This document shows positions 39,890 through 50,505 of a DNA stretch of 64,000 bases, one piece after another. Both the position numbers and the translations under genes were made by a program. Positions within the stretch are counted from its first letter, which is position 1. Each line of letters starts with the position of its first letter. The notes beneath the pieces were generated by a model. It saw only the letters and a program-made list of their open reading frames with translations. It was not told the origin of the DNA and did not search any database. Origin of the DNA: a bacterium (GTDB taxonomy: Bacteria; JAMOTN01); contig JAMOTN010000079.1 of the NCBI GenBank assembly GCA_027062325.1, positions 361-64,360 on the forward strand, read 5' to 3'.

Positions 39890-41302
39890 TTAGTCTGCCA
39901 AACCCTCCGTTGATTCTGCCTTACCGTAAGGCCAGAAATCTTCAACAGTTTTTTCACTTTCATCGTAAATTGCCCATTCTTCTGTAATTGACGCCGTATC
40001 TTTTATATTGAGCTGTTCAAACAAGAATGTGAACTTTTCTTCAAGTGCCTCTCTAATCTTGGCTCTCACATCATCTGTTAAACTCCAAAACTTTCTCTTA
40101 AATGGCCCAACTGCTCTTTTTCTGGATTTGTAGTAGAACTGTTCACGAGTCATTCCCTCTTTCCACTCATTCTTGTAATTCTCCTCCAACCAAGCATACA
40201 CCTCATTTTTCAAATCCTCTGGTATATGGTCAAATATTATATTCTGAAATCCCGTGGCAAGGTGAATTTCTACAGTTTTGTTCTCCGGGAATTTGTGGAA
40301 CATCTCATCTGGTAGAGTTGAAGCACCATGCTGAACAGCTCCACCCATACCATAACGCTCCATCGCCATCTCTGAAAGTGTAAGAAGTGTATTGAAATCA
40401 ACCTTCACCTCTGCCACACTTCCATCAGGCAACACAACTCCACCATGCACTGTTCCAGTCTGAACACTTACCTTGCTTATAAGTGGCTCAACTTTACTCT
40501 CTCTCTTTAAACCTTCCATGTAAGCTTCAAGATCCTCAGGAGTGCTGTTCTTATCACCAATTTCACCAATTTCTCCACCAGTTGATATCGTAATTGGCTC
40601 AATTCCACGAATGTATTCTAGAAAATCAGCAGTCATCTTGTAGTTCCAATACTGCTGTTCATCAAGTGTTGGTTTAGATAGATCAACTAATGTGGACGTA
40701 TCTATGTCTATGTTGTAAAACCCAGCTCTAATTGCCTCTTTCATAAGCGCTTTCAACTCATTTATCTCTTTATCGCGCGCCGAATCATCAAAGAACTTTG
40801 CCCTCTTAACCTGAAAATGATCTCCCTGAATAAAAACAGGACCTTTATAACCTTCTTTAATAGCAGCTGCGAGAATATTAGCAGTGTATTCTCCAGGCCT
40901 TTGATCGGTATAAGAAATCTCTGAACGCGCTATCTCAAAAATGGCAGCTTTAGCATTCAACTTATTCAGGGCTCTAAAAGCTGCACGTGCAGAATCATAA
41001 GACAACGCACGTAAATTCATTGCAGGCACGGTAAAATCAGTTGGGACCTTACCAGTTGCTCTATTTACGTAAAGATTATGTATGGAAGCCAATTTCACTC
41101 CACGATCACGCGCCAAACTCCAAATTAACCAACGAGCTGAAGCTTTTTCTTCATCACTTTCGCCAAATACAGATTTCAAAACCAACTGGTCAATTCCTGC
41201 AGATACAAACTTCCCTTCATCTTCTACAAGTGGCTTTCCTCCTTCCCACTTCAAACCATCAATTTCAGATACGATTTTCTCCAACGTATTCATCATATAC
41301 AC
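39890..41302 (-). CDS. class II fructose/tagatose-bisphosphate aldolase family protein (long form)
   Basis: IQGDHF (cf. HTDHC), ISTGGEIGEIGD (cf. ELGCTGGEEDG), TGTVHGGVVLPDG (cf. FGNVHGVYKPG), VQHGAS (cf. FHGGSGS) align with class II FBA catalytic motifs. Confidence 0.5.
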   Translation of the reverse strand: MYMMNTLEKIVSEIDGLKWEGGKPLVEDEGKFVSAGIDQLVLKSVFGESDEEKASARWLIWSLARDRGVKLASIHNLYVNRATGKVPTDFTVPAMNLRALSYDSARAAFRALNKLNAKAAIFEIARSEISYTDQRPGEYTANILAAAIKEGYKGPVFIQGDHFQVKRAKFFDDSARDKEINELKALMKEAIRAGFYNIDIDTSTLVDLSKPTLDEQQYWNYKMTADFLEYIRGIEPITISTGGEIGEIGDKNSTPEDLEAYMEGLKRESKVEPLISKVSVQTGTVHGGVVLPDGSVAEVKVDFNTLLTLSEMAMERYGMGGAVQHGASTLPDEMFHKFPENKTVEIHLATGFQNIIFDHIPEDLKNEVYAWLEENYKNEWKEGMTREQFYYKSRKRAVGPFKRKFWSLTDDVRAKIREALEEKFTFLFEQLNIKDTASITEEWAIYDESEKTVEDFWPYGKAESTEGLAD

Positions 41303-41392
41303 CTCCTAGCAAACTCTTACTTTTTATTCTAAACTCCTATGCTTTGCCACTTCAATTCTATAATACACTAAAATTAATTCAAAACTGAGAAT

Positions 41393-42850
41393 TTAAACCT
41401 CCCACTTTACATCTAATTCTTTAACTGCTCGAACTTCATCTGGCCTTGAAACAGGAGTGTTATAAGGATACCCTTTAACTTTTTCTGGATCCCTTTTTGC
41501 CTCTTCAACAAGATTCTTCAAGACTTCAACAAATTCCTCAAGCCTAGCTAAAGTTTCCGTCTCTGTCGGCTCTATCATCAAAGCCTCAGAAACAATCAGC
41601 GGAAAGTAAATCGTCGGAGCATGTATTCCGTTATCTAAAAGACCTTTAGCCAGATCTAAAGCCGTAACTCCATAATCCTTTTTAAGCTCTTTAGCTGAAG
41701 CCACAAATTCATGCATGGTATTATGCGGATACGGAACATCCAAAAATTCCATAACCTTTTTTTTCAACCAGTTAGCATTTAAAACTGCATCCTCCGAAAC
41801 TTTTTTAACTTCCTTACCCGTTGCAAGTAACCAAGCAAGTGCCTTCACCACAACTGCAAAATTTCCCCACCATCCTATCATCTTACCCACTGAGTACTTT
41901 AAATTCCAATCAAATTCCAATACCCCATTAGTTCTCTCAACAATTACAGGAACAGGCAAAAACTCCCTCAAAAATTCCTTAACTCCCACAGGACCAGAGC
42001 CGGGACCACCACCACCGTGTGGTGTACCAAATGTCTTATGCAAGTTCAAATGCACCACGTCAAATCCCATATCACCTGGGCGTGATCTTCCCATGATAGC
42101 ATTTAAATTAGCTCCATCATAATACATCAACCCACCAGCCTCATGAACCATTGCACATATTTTTTCTATGTTTTTGTCGTAGATCCCCAAGGTATTCGGA
42201 TTGGTCAGCATAAAAGCAGCTATTTCATTTGACTTATCAGTAAGTATCTTTTCCAACTCCTTCAAATCAACGCATCCATCCTGATCACTTTTCACTTCTT
42301 TAACATAACATCCCGCCATTGCAGCTGTAGCCGGATTCGTACCGTGAGCAGAGTCAGGCACCAGTATTAATTTTCTCTCATTTTGCCCGTTAATTATATG
42401 ATATTTCCTTATAATAAATACCCCAGTTAACTCGCCGTGCGCTCCAGCCGCCGGTTGAAAGGTAAAAGCATCCATACCAGTTATCAACTTTAAACGCTCC
42501 TCCAACTCATAAAATATTCTGAGAATTCCCTGAACTCTATCAGCAACCAATTCTAAGAGCAAGGGATGAATATATTGAATCCTAGAATCAAAGGCTAATC
42601 GTTCTGAGAGGCGCGGATTATATTTCATGGTACACGAACCAAGAGGATACATCCCTATCTCCACAGAAAAGTTTTTTCTGGAAAGATTTATAAAGTAACG
42701 CATTACCTCATTCTCCGGAACATAAGGAAGCTCCCACTCTCTTTCTGCGCGCAGTTCCTCAGATATATTTCCACTCTCCTCAGTTTCAAAATCAAGCGCT
42801 ATATCCTTCATTTCTATAAAATTTTCATATTCCACTCCCATTTCCATCAC
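41393..42850 (-). CDS. gcvPB: glycine dehydrogenase (decarboxylating) subunit 2
   Basis: NLHKTFGTPHGGGGPGSGPVGV (PLP-lysine region of the P-protein C-terminal half). Confidence 0.9.
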   Translation of the reverse strand: MMEMGVEYENFIEMKDIALDFETEESGNISEELRAEREWELPYVPENEVMRYFINLSRKNFSVEIGMYPLGSCTMKYNPRLSERLAFDSRIQYIHPLLLELVADRVQGILRIFYELEERLKLITGMDAFTFQPAAGAHGELTGVFIIRKYHIINGQNERKLILVPDSAHGTNPATAAMAGCYVKEVKSDQDGCVDLKELEKILTDKSNEIAAFMLTNPNTLGIYDKNIEKICAMVHEAGGLMYYDGANLNAIMGRSRPGDMGFDVVHLNLHKTFGTPHGGGGPGSGPVGVKEFLREFLPVPVIVERTNGVLEFDWNLKYSVGKMIGWWGNFAVVVKALAWLLATGKEVKKVSEDAVLNANWLKKKVMEFLDVPYPHNTMHEFVASAKELKKDYGVTALDLAKGLLDNGIHAPTIYFPLIVSEALMIEPTETETLARLEEFVEVLKNLVEEAKRDPEKVKGYPYNTPVSRPDEVRAVKELDVKWEV

Positions 42851-42871
42851 TCCTTACCAAGCCCATAACTT

Positions 42872-44200
42872 TTAAAACTTTTCAACCCCAAAGTTATCAA
42901 GCAAAGCCGCAATATCAGCGTGGGTAGCTGCATCGGTAATAGTAATTAATATACCATCTCCATATCCCCAATAACTCAAAGGAACCCCAAAAACATACCC
43001 CTTTTTCATTCCTTCTTCTAAGACATCAATGGGAGCATCTATGACAAATTCGTTAAAAAACTCACCATTATAAATTCTTTTATAACCGTATTCTTCCAGT
43101 AACTCTGCAACCTCATGAGCTCTTTTAGAAACTTCTAATACATGTTTTTGAAGTCTCTTCCCCCACCACAAAATGTAAGTTGTGAAAGCCAACGCACATA
43201 AAGCCTCGTTAGAGCATATATTACTGGTAGCCCTTGCCCTTTTTATGTGCTGCTCTCTAGCCTGAAGTGTCAACACATAAGCCGTCTTCCCATTACGATC
43301 AACAGTCTTCCCAACAATCCTCCCGGGCATCTTTCTCATGTAAGCCTTTCTAGCCGCAAAAAAACCTAAGTACGGCCCTCCAGCCCACAAAGGAATTCCA
43401 AATGGCTGCCCTTCACCAACAACAACTTCAACATTCCTATAATCTCCTAATTTTTTCTTGTAAACAAGCACGTGTGGATTAGCCAAAACAATTAAACTAG
43501 CCTGTTTAGAAGTTGCCAGTTCATCAATCTCTCTCATGGACTCAAGAATACCCAAAAAATTAGGATAACTAACTATCCATATACTCTTTTCTTCCGGCAA
43601 ATCTTTCCACTTAGTACAACCACTTTCCCTATCAAAATCTACTTCTTCAAACTCGTAATCCCAAAAACTAAAGTAAGTTAATAGAACTTCCTTATAGTAA
43701 GGATGTAAGTTTTTAGGATAGTAAACTTTCCTAACTCTTTTAGCCTCTCCAACCATTTTTACAGCTTCTGCCAGTGCAGTGGCTCCATCATACATACTAG
43801 CATTAGCTACATCCATTCCTGTTAGATAGCACACCGCACTTTGAAAATCATATATAACTTGCAAAGTCCCTTGAGACACTTCAGGTTGATAAGGAGTATA
43901 AGCTGTAAAAAACTCCGATCTTCTCAAAATTTCATCTATAACAGGTGGTATCCACCATTTATAAGCTCCAGCTCCTACAAACACCGAATTCAGATCCTGA
44001 TTTTCACTCAAAAACTGATTAAAAATACTTTCAACTTTAAATTGCTCTAAAGGTTTCCCAAGTTTTTCAACACTTTGATAGGCCTTACTCTGAGTATCTT
44101 CTGGAATTACTTTAAACAACTCATCTAAAGATTTAACTCCTATATCTTCAAGCATCTTTTTCCTTGCTATCTTATTTTGGGAAAGCCACATTTCCCACAC
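42872..44200 (-). CDS. gcvPA: glycine dehydrogenase (decarboxylating) subunit 1
   Basis: position between gcvH and gcvPB; P-protein N-terminal-half length and similarity (YTPYQPEVSQG). Confidence 0.85.
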   Translation of the reverse strand: MWEMWLSQNKIARKKMLEDIGVKSLDELFKVIPEDTQSKAYQSVEKLGKPLEQFKVESIFNQFLSENQDLNSVFVGAGAYKWWIPPVIDEILRRSEFFTAYTPYQPEVSQGTLQVIYDFQSAVCYLTGMDVANASMYDGATALAEAVKMVGEAKRVRKVYYPKNLHPYYKEVLLTYFSFWDYEFEEVDFDRESGCTKWKDLPEEKSIWIVSYPNFLGILESMREIDELATSKQASLIVLANPHVLVYKKKLGDYRNVEVVVGEGQPFGIPLWAGGPYLGFFAARKAYMRKMPGRIVGKTVDRNGKTAYVLTLQAREQHIKRARATSNICSNEALCALAFTTYILWWGKRLQKHVLEVSKRAHEVAELLEEYGYKRIYNGEFFNEFVIDAPIDVLEEGMKKGYVFGVPLSYWGYGDGILITITDAATHADIAALLDNFGVEKF

Positions 44201-44243
44201 CTCTCTTATAGTTAGTTGACGCTAATTGCTTATGAAACAACAA

Positions 44244-44280
44244 AAGGGGCCCCAAGCTCTTTCGCCTGAAAAGGCCCCTT
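44244..44280 (-). terminator. intra-operon hairpin between gcvH and gcvPA (possible partial terminator/attenuator)
   Basis: AAGGGGCC ... 21-nt loop ... GGCCCCUU followed on the minus strand by UUUGUUGUUUCA. Confidence 0.35.
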
Positions 44281-44326
44281 TCTATTAATTTTTCAATATT
44301 TTCTCCTCCTTTGCACAGATAAAACT

Positions 44327-44710
44327 TTATGCTCCTATAAACTCTGAATAACCAGCAGCATCAAGAAGATTATTAAGCTCAGACTTATCTTTCAATTCTA
44401 TCTTAAAAATCCACCCTTCATCATAAGGGGAATTATTTATGAGAGCCGGCTCATCCTGCAATTTCTCATTAACTTCCACTATTTTTCCACTTACAGGAGT
44501 ATATATCTCAGAAGCACTCTTAACAGATTCAACACTTGCCACACTGTCTCCTGCATTTACCTCCGCTCCAACTTCTGGAAGTTCAACAAACACAATCTCT
44601 CCCAGCTCATCCTGAGCATGATCTGTTATACCAACAACAGCAACATCTCCTTCCACCTTCACCCATTCATGCTCCTTAGAATAGTACAACCCCTCTCTTA
44701 CTTCAGCCAT
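44327..44710 (-). CDS. gcvH: glycine cleavage system H protein
   Basis: lipoyl-lysine motif [11 protein letters not shown]; 127 aa. Confidence 0.9.
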   Translation of the reverse strand: MAEVREGLYYSKEHEWVKVEGDVAVVGITDHAQDELGEIVFVELPEVGAEVNAGDSVASVESVKSASEIYTPVSGKIVEVNEKLQDEPALINNSPYDEGWIFKIELKDKSELNNLLDAAGYSEFIGA

Positions 44711-44734
44711 TTTAATCCCTCCCTTACATAAAGA

Positions 44735-45829
44735 TTAAGTCTTTGCTCTCTTTGTCTTATGCTCAACAAAAGGTAAACTTACAACTAATGCATCAACCCT
44801 CTTTCCTTTAAAATCAACCTCAACAACTTTACCCTCTTTATACTCTATATTTACTATTCCCATAGCAAGTGACTTTTTCAAAATTGGGGAATAAATTCCA
44901 CTGGTCACAAATCCAATTTCATCCCCTTCTTTACTATAAAACTTTTCTCCTCCTCTTGCAATTCTCCTACCCTCAACTTCAAATCCTCTCAATCTCCTCT
45001 TCAAACCTTCCTTTTTCTGATTCAACAAAGCCTCTCTTCCTATGAAATCTCCTTTTTTGAACTTAACCGTCCAACGCAACCCAGCTTCAAGCGGGGTAAT
45101 ATCTTCAGACAACTCATGACCATAAAGAGGCATACCAGCTTCGAACCTCAAAGTATCTCGTGCTCCTAATCCAGCCGGTCTTATCCCAAATTCTTTGCCA
45201 ACTTCTAACAATCTACTCCACAAATGTACGGCATCGGAAGACGCATACACCTCAAACCCATCTTCTCCAGTATATCCAGTTCGAGAAAGAATCACAGGCT
45301 CACCAAACATTACGGTCTCCACAAAGTTATAGTAAAGCAATTTATCAACATCTACATTAACACACCTCTTCATCAATTTTTCTGCCGAAGGACCTTGAAC
45401 AGCTATCTGAAGATAATCATCCGACACATTTAAAACCTCCACATCAAAGCCTTTACTGTGTTCCAATATCCATTCATAATCTTTTTTAATATTTGCTGCA
45501 TTAACTACAAGTAAAGCCTTATCTTCAAATTTATAAGCTAATAAATCATCTACAACTCCACCATGCTCATAACACATAGGCGAATAAACTATCTGTCCAG
45601 GAACAATTTTGGCGAAGTTGTTTGTAATTATATAATTTACGAACTTTTCAAAATCAGGTCCTTTAACAATAACCTCTCCCATATGCGAAACATCAAATAA
45701 AACAACCTGCTGTCTGCAAGCTAAATGCTCCTCTATTATACTTCCGTAGTGAAGCGGCATCTCCCAACCGTGGAAATCTACAATTTTAGCACCCAATTCT
45801 ACATGTTTTTCATACAATGGAGTTCTCAT
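44735..45829 (-). CDS. gcvT: aminomethyltransferase (glycine cleavage T protein)
   Basis: MRTPLYEKHVELGAKIVDFHGWEMPLHY canonical GcvT N-terminus. Confidence 0.9.
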   Translation of the reverse strand: MRTPLYEKHVELGAKIVDFHGWEMPLHYGSIIEEHLACRQQVVLFDVSHMGEVIVKGPDFEKFVNYIITNNFAKIVPGQIVYSPMCYEHGGVVDDLLAYKFEDKALLVVNAANIKKDYEWILEHSKGFDVEVLNVSDDYLQIAVQGPSAEKLMKRCVNVDVDKLLYYNFVETVMFGEPVILSRTGYTGEDGFEVYASSDAVHLWSRLLEVGKEFGIRPAGLGARDTLRFEAGMPLYGHELSEDITPLEAGLRWTVKFKKGDFIGREALLNQKKEGLKRRLRGFEVEGRRIARGGEKFYSKEGDEIGFVTSGIYSPILKKSLAMGIVNIEYKEGKVVEVDFKGKRVDALVVSLPFVEHKTKRAKT

Positions 45830-45852
45830 AAATTCTCACCTCTTTTACTTTA

Positions 45853-46908
45853 CTATTCACTATCCTCACTTTTTCCAAAAACTTTATTTATAAATGCTTT
45901 CCTATTCTCTGAGTACTTTTCCCAAACCTCATTTCTCAACTTTTCTAAAAGCTCTGGATTATCCTTTAAGTACTCAACTGCATTATCTCGCCCCTGACCC
46001 AATTTTACATCTCCCCAACTGTACCAACTTCCAGATCTCTTAACAATTCCAACATCCAATGCTGCATCTAAAACGCTTCCTTCTTTGTTTATTCCTTTTC
46101 CGTAAAGTATATCAAATTCAGCAATTTTAAAGGGAGGAGCAACTTTATTTTTGGCTACCTTAACTCTAACTCTGTCACCCATAACTTCTCCACCTTTTTT
46201 CAACTGCATAATTTTCCTTATATCAAGCCTAACTGACGCGAAGAATTTCAATGCCCTACCACCAGGAGTTGTCTCAGGATTTCCAAACATGACCCCAACT
46301 TTTTCTCTAATCTGATTTATAAATACAACTGCCGTTTTGGAACGACTGATAGCTGCTGTAAGCTTTCTCAAAGCCTGAGACATAAGTCTAGCTTGCAGTC
46401 CAACAAAACTATCTCCAAAATTTCCTTCGATTTCCGCCTTTGGAACTAAAGCTGCAACAGAATCTATAACAACCAAATCTATAGCACCACTTCTTACCAA
46501 ATTTTCCGTTATATCTAGAGCCTCTTCAGCAGTTGCTGGCTGAGAAACCAATAAGTTTTCCAAGTCAACGCCTATAGCAGACGCGTACACAGGATCAAGA
46601 GCATGTTCAGCATCAATAAACGCTGCTACTCCCCCTTGCTTTTGTATTTCTGACACTACACTTAGCATAAGAGTAGTTTTTCCACTCGATTCAGGTCCAT
46701 ATATCTCTGTTATTCTCCCTTTAGGTATTCCACCAACCCCTAAAGCAAGATCCAATGTCAGAGCCCCTGTAGGAATAACATCAACATTTACCATTCTATC
46801 TTCTGAAAGACGCATTATAGCACTTGTACCATGCTTCTTCCTTATTAAATTAACCGTAGCCTCAATAACTTTTTGGCGAGCTGCCACCCTGTTTTGATTT
46901 TCACTCAT
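45853..46908 (-). CDS. recA: recombinase RecA
   Basis: [17 protein letters not shown] Walker A, L1/L2 loop regions; 351 aa. Confidence 0.95.
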   Translation of the reverse strand: MSENQNRVAARQKVIEATVNLIRKKHGTSAIMRLSEDRMVNVDVIPTGALTLDLALGVGGIPKGRITEIYGPESSGKTTLMLSVVSEIQKQGGVAAFIDAEHALDPVYASAIGVDLENLLVSQPATAEEALDITENLVRSGAIDLVVIDSVAALVPKAEIEGNFGDSFVGLQARLMSQALRKLTAAISRSKTAVVFINQIREKVGVMFGNPETTPGGRALKFFASVRLDIRKIMQLKKGGEVMGDRVRVKVAKNKVAPPFKIAEFDILYGKGINKEGSVLDAALDVGIVKRSGSWYSWGDVKLGQGRDNAVEYLKDNPELLEKLRNEVWEKYSENRKAFINKVFGKSEDSE

Positions 46909-46920
46909 TTAAATCGCCCC

Positions 46921-48045
46921 CTACTCTTTATTTAAAGCGAACTCGTATAGATCCTCATAAACTGGTCCTCTAGGGGTTAATGTACTTTTAACTAGGTAAA
47001 TTTTATCTACAAGGAATTCCACATCTGGCAACTCTTCAAACAAATGATGCTTCCTAGCCAAAATTAAACTCTGAGCTCTCTTATTCTTAACTCTTGCTAA
47101 GGTTATATGAGCTTTAAAACCGTGAGCCGCTTTAGGATACCCTATCTTTTCTAAAGCCTCCTCCAAAGAAGCTGCAAGATTGGAAAGCTCTTTTTCCCCA
47201 TCTTTAACTCCCAGCGCTACAACCCTTACTATCTTTTCATTTGGAAACATGACAATTTCTCCCGTCTTAACACTAAATTGTTTGAAATCCTTGACAACAT
47301 CTTGTATTGAGTCAACTACCTCTCCCACTTTATCCTTCTTAACACTTCCGATAAACTTCAAAGTTATATGAATATTCTCCGGCTCAACCAACTTAACTCC
47401 AGCAAAATCTAAGCTCCTTCTACTTGCTCGCCACCAATCAACAAACTCTTGAGGCATTTTAACTGCAACAAATAACCTAAGAGGAACATCTCTATCCTTA
47501 GAAACCAAATCTTCACCTTCCCCAAGAAGCTTATCTGCCATCAAGGACTCCATTACCATAAGAAGAGCATTCTCAATAGCCTGCTCCCTTATCTTATCCC
47601 TATCTCCATCAAACCTAAACTCACGTTGAATTATAACGCCTCCTTCTCTGGTTACTGTTATGTACACTAAACCTCTATCTTTCCCTTCAATACTTTCACC
47701 AGCAATCCCAGTAATTCCAACACCTATATCAGCAGCAAACCTAACTCTAGTTAAACGTGACATAAAAGTTGCAACTTCTTGAGACACCGTTCCCTCTTTA
47801 TCTATCAAACTTTGCGGAATACCAAAATCAACCTTGCTCCTTTCTGAATACAAAACAACTCCACCCATGAAATAATTACTGGCTCCATCAAATTCAGTTA
47901 AAGCCGCAGATAGCAACCCACCTGTACAACTCTCTGCCACTGCAATAGTAGCTCCGAACTCTCTTAACTTATCTGCAACCTTCTTCACCAAACTCATTAT
48001 TTTACTGCTTATTTTCACCATGAAAATAAACCCCCTCCTTGTCAA
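46921..48045 (-). CDS. fusion protein: CinA C-terminal (PncC-like nicotinamide-nucleotide amidohydrolase) domain + 2',5' RNA ligase (ThpR/LigT, 2H phosphoesterase)
   Basis: N-half ATIAVAESCTGGLLSAALTEFDGASNYFMGGVVLYS (CinA_C); C-half has two H-x-T-x motifs (HITLKF, HITLARV) of the 2H family; the true start is probably an internal Met (MVKISS/MSLVKK). Confidence 0.65.
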   Translation of the reverse strand: MTRRGFIFMVKISSKIMSLVKKVADKLREFGATIAVAESCTGGLLSAALTEFDGASNYFMGGVVLYSERSKVDFGIPQSLIDKEGTVSQEVATFMSRLTRVRFAADIGVGITGIAGESIEGKDRGLVYITVTREGGVIIQREFRFDGDRDKIREQAIENALLMVMESLMADKLLGEGEDLVSKDRDVPLRLFVAVKMPQEFVDWWRASRRSLDFAGVKLVEPENIHITLKFIGSVKKDKVGEVVDSIQDVVKDFKQFSVKTGEIVMFPNEKIVRVVALGVKDGEKELSNLAASLEEALEKIGYPKAAHGFKAHITLARVKNKRAQSLILARKHHLFEELPDVEFLVDKIYLVKSTLTPRGPVYEDLYEFALNKE

Positions 48046-48052
48046 ACATTAA

Positions 48053-48607
48053 TCACATAGTATAATCCCCAGTCACAATTCGTTTAATCTCATAAACTAC
48101 ATCATTCATACCATCAAGTAAATTTTCTCCAAACTCTATAGCTAGAAAACAAGCCACAAAATCATCTGCAAAAATTCCCAGAGCCCCCGGCAATCTCTCT
48201 GATTCATGAACAACAAATGGAACCTTGAAAGAGTCAAAAAACCTATAGATCACGAGGATCAATCCAGACTTCAAAACTCTTATCCAAAATTCCCTTCTAT
48301 CACTTGAGGCTCTTATGTAAAATGAAAGCAAAGTCACAACCGCACAAAATTCATCAACAACCACTCTTCTATCATCGAAGTCCACGTGATACTCCGTTAA
48401 AACTAAACCAGCAGCATTTAAAAAATAAACCAAGAAACGCCATATTTTTTCTGGCAAAAACGATAATAAAACTGCCACAGGCCATGCTATCAAAGAAGCA
48501 ATTGTTCCTCCACCTCTTATATAGCCAATCTTCCCCAAAGTCAAATAATATGGTAAGGCTTCCCCTCCCACATCTTTATTCTCAACAAAATTCTTACCAA
48601 CACTCAT
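48053..48607 (-). CDS. pgpA: phosphatidylglycerophosphatase A
   Basis: GTIASLIAWP, VVVDEF and GIFADDFVA motifs of the PgpA family; start trimmed to the Met of MSVGKN. Confidence 0.55.
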   Translation of the reverse strand: MSVGKNFVENKDVGGEALPYYLTLGKIGYIRGGGTIASLIAWPVAVLLSFLPEKIWRFLVYFLNAAGLVLTEYHVDFDDRRVVVDEFCAVVTLLSFYIRASSDRREFWIRVLKSGLILVIYRFFDSFKVPFVVHESERLPGALGIFADDFVACFLAIEFGENLLDGMNDVVYEIKRIVTGDYTM

Positions 48608-48928
48608 AACAAACCCCCCTAGTGAGAAATTAGGTATGACAATATTAATTCTGTTTACTGAAATTTTAACACCTAAACCACTCTGCACCAAGCCTACACT
48701 AACTAGAAGTTTTTAGGTAAAGTATTCACTTTTGTAAATTTAACTGCAAAACTTAGACCTACTTTCGAATTATGAATTTCTATTTAATTCCTATTTTCTC
48801 ACGTTCCACGTTTCACTCAACATTCCACCGTTGTCCCGAAATCTCACCTGCTCCATCATGACACATATTAAAAATATCCCATTAAACTTTTTTGTGATGA
48901 TGAATGTAGTATGAAGGAGGCGATTGAT

Positions 48929-50332
48929 ATGAGAAAGGTAGCGCTGTTAATTGTAGTGTTATTGACATTGGTAGGATTTGCTTCTCCAAATCAACCTCAG
49001 CTTAACAAAGGAATCTTATCTTCAATTGTCAACGGTATAAGTCATGCCTTCCATTCTCTATTCGGAAACAAGGATGACGAAAAAGCCAATGTTGAAACTC
49101 CAAAACCCCTTCCAAAAAAGAAATGGACAGTCATGGTTTATATCGCAGCAGATAACAACCTTGAACAAGCTGCTTTCATAAACCTAAACATGCTAGAAAT
49201 AGTAGGAAGCAGTGATCAAGTAAACTTCTTGTGCTTAGTGGACCGTGCAAAAGGCGAATACAATGGAGATGGTGACTGGACAGATGCACGTATCTTCTAC
49301 ATTAAAAAAGACAATGATCAAAACAAGGTTACAAGCCCTGTTGTTAAGTTCCTAAATGAAGTTAATACAGGAGATCCTCATACACTTTACAACTTTATGG
49401 AGTTTTGTAAAGAATACTATCCAGCAGAACATTACTTCCTTATTCTTTGGAATCACGGTTCCGGTTGGGAATCTGTGCCTTCCTCCAGTGTAAACACTCC
49501 TCTTAAAAATAGAATGGTCGCATACGATGATCAAGCTAAGGATAGTATAACTATGCCTGAATTAAAGAGTGTCCTTCGTAAATTTAACTCTGAAATAGGT
49601 AAAAAGATTGACATTCTCGGATTTGACGCCTGCCTTATGGGGATGATAGAAGTTGCTTACGACCTCAAAGATTTTGCACAAACACTCATAGTAAGTGAAA
49701 AGACCGAGTACGGTTTAGGATGGCCATATCACGCATTTGCTGACATAATGGTTAAAAAACCAAACCTCTCCCCCGCTGAGGTAGCATCTGTGGTTCCAGA
49801 AGCTTTCAAAGAGTTCTACAATTACCTTTCTACCCACTATAACAAGGACTTAACCAACACACTTGCTGCACTCGATGCAACAAAAATCAAAAACATCGAA
49901 AAAGCATTTAAAGCATTTATTGATAAAGCTAGTAATCTAATGGAAGATAAAGAAAACGTAGTAAAACTTCTTATTGAGGCTAGAAAAGCTGCGGTACAAA
50001 TTGATGATCCTATCAAAGCTCACACAGATATAGGATCTTTCGTTAAAGAAGCTGCTAAGAGAATCCCAGAACTTAAGGAAGAAGCTGACGCAGTCATTGA
50101 AGCTCTTAAAGAAGCAGAACTCAACTTTGTCGTTACTGGTAAAGAAGGCGGAGAAGAACACGAACATTTCAAAAATGCAACTGGATTAGCCATATACTTC
50201 CCTCTTAATCCAAAAGCTCTTGATCCAGATATAATTAGGAAGTACTTGTCAGTAATTCCTTACGATGATTTCACTTTTGTTCAAGATACTAATTGGAACG
50301 AATTCCTTTTCAACCTCATAATGAACGAATAA
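48929..50332 (+). CDS. secreted clostripain-like cysteine peptidase (family C11)
   Basis: signal peptide; catalytic His in ILWNHGSGWE and Cys in ILGFDACLMG; AAGGAGG RBS 8 nt before the second ATG (MRKVALL). Confidence 0.7.
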   Translation: MRKVALLIVVLLTLVGFASPNQPQLNKGILSSIVNGISHAFHSLFGNKDDEKANVETPKPLPKKKWTVMVYIAADNNLEQAAFINLNMLEIVGSSDQVNFLCLVDRAKGEYNGDGDWTDARIFYIKKDNDQNKVTSPVVKFLNEVNTGDPHTLYNFMEFCKEYYPAEHYFLILWNHGSGWESVPSSSVNTPLKNRMVAYDDQAKDSITMPELKSVLRKFNSEIGKKIDILGFDACLMGMIEVAYDLKDFAQTLIVSEKTEYGLGWPYHAFADIMVKKPNLSPAEVASVVPEAFKEFYNYLSTHYNKDLTNTLAALDATKIKNIEKAFKAFIDKASNLMEDKENVVKLLIEARKAAVQIDDPIKAHTDIGSFVKEAAKRIPELKEEADAVIEALKEAELNFVVTGKEGGEEHEHFKNATGLAIYFPLNPKALDPDIIRKYLSVIPYDDFTFVQDTNWNEFLFNLIMNE

Positions 50333-50365
50333 GTCCGGTAAGTCAATAGCAAGTAAAAGATATTT

Positions 50366-50396
50366 GGGGAGGTCAGTTAAGACCTCCCCTTTCTGA
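50366..50396 (+). terminator. rho-independent terminator after the C11 peptidase gene
   Basis: GGGGAGGUC-AGUUAA-GACCUCCCC followed by UUUCUGAUUUAUUGCUUUUUU. Confidence 0.75.
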
Positions 50397-50505
50397 TTTA
50401 TTGCTTTTTTAGTTCCCTTATTTTCCACACTATTGTCAACTCTACTTTTTTTTGAGAAAATTAAAAGCTGAAGCAAATTTTATGTATGTAAGGAGGGAAT
50501 GTAGT

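Noticed and set aside
44735-45852. Expected glycine riboswitch upstream of gcvT
   Set aside because: Only 23 nt separate the recA stop from the gcvT start, too short for a riboswitch aptamer. None of the conserved glycine-riboswitch blocks could be spotted by eye.
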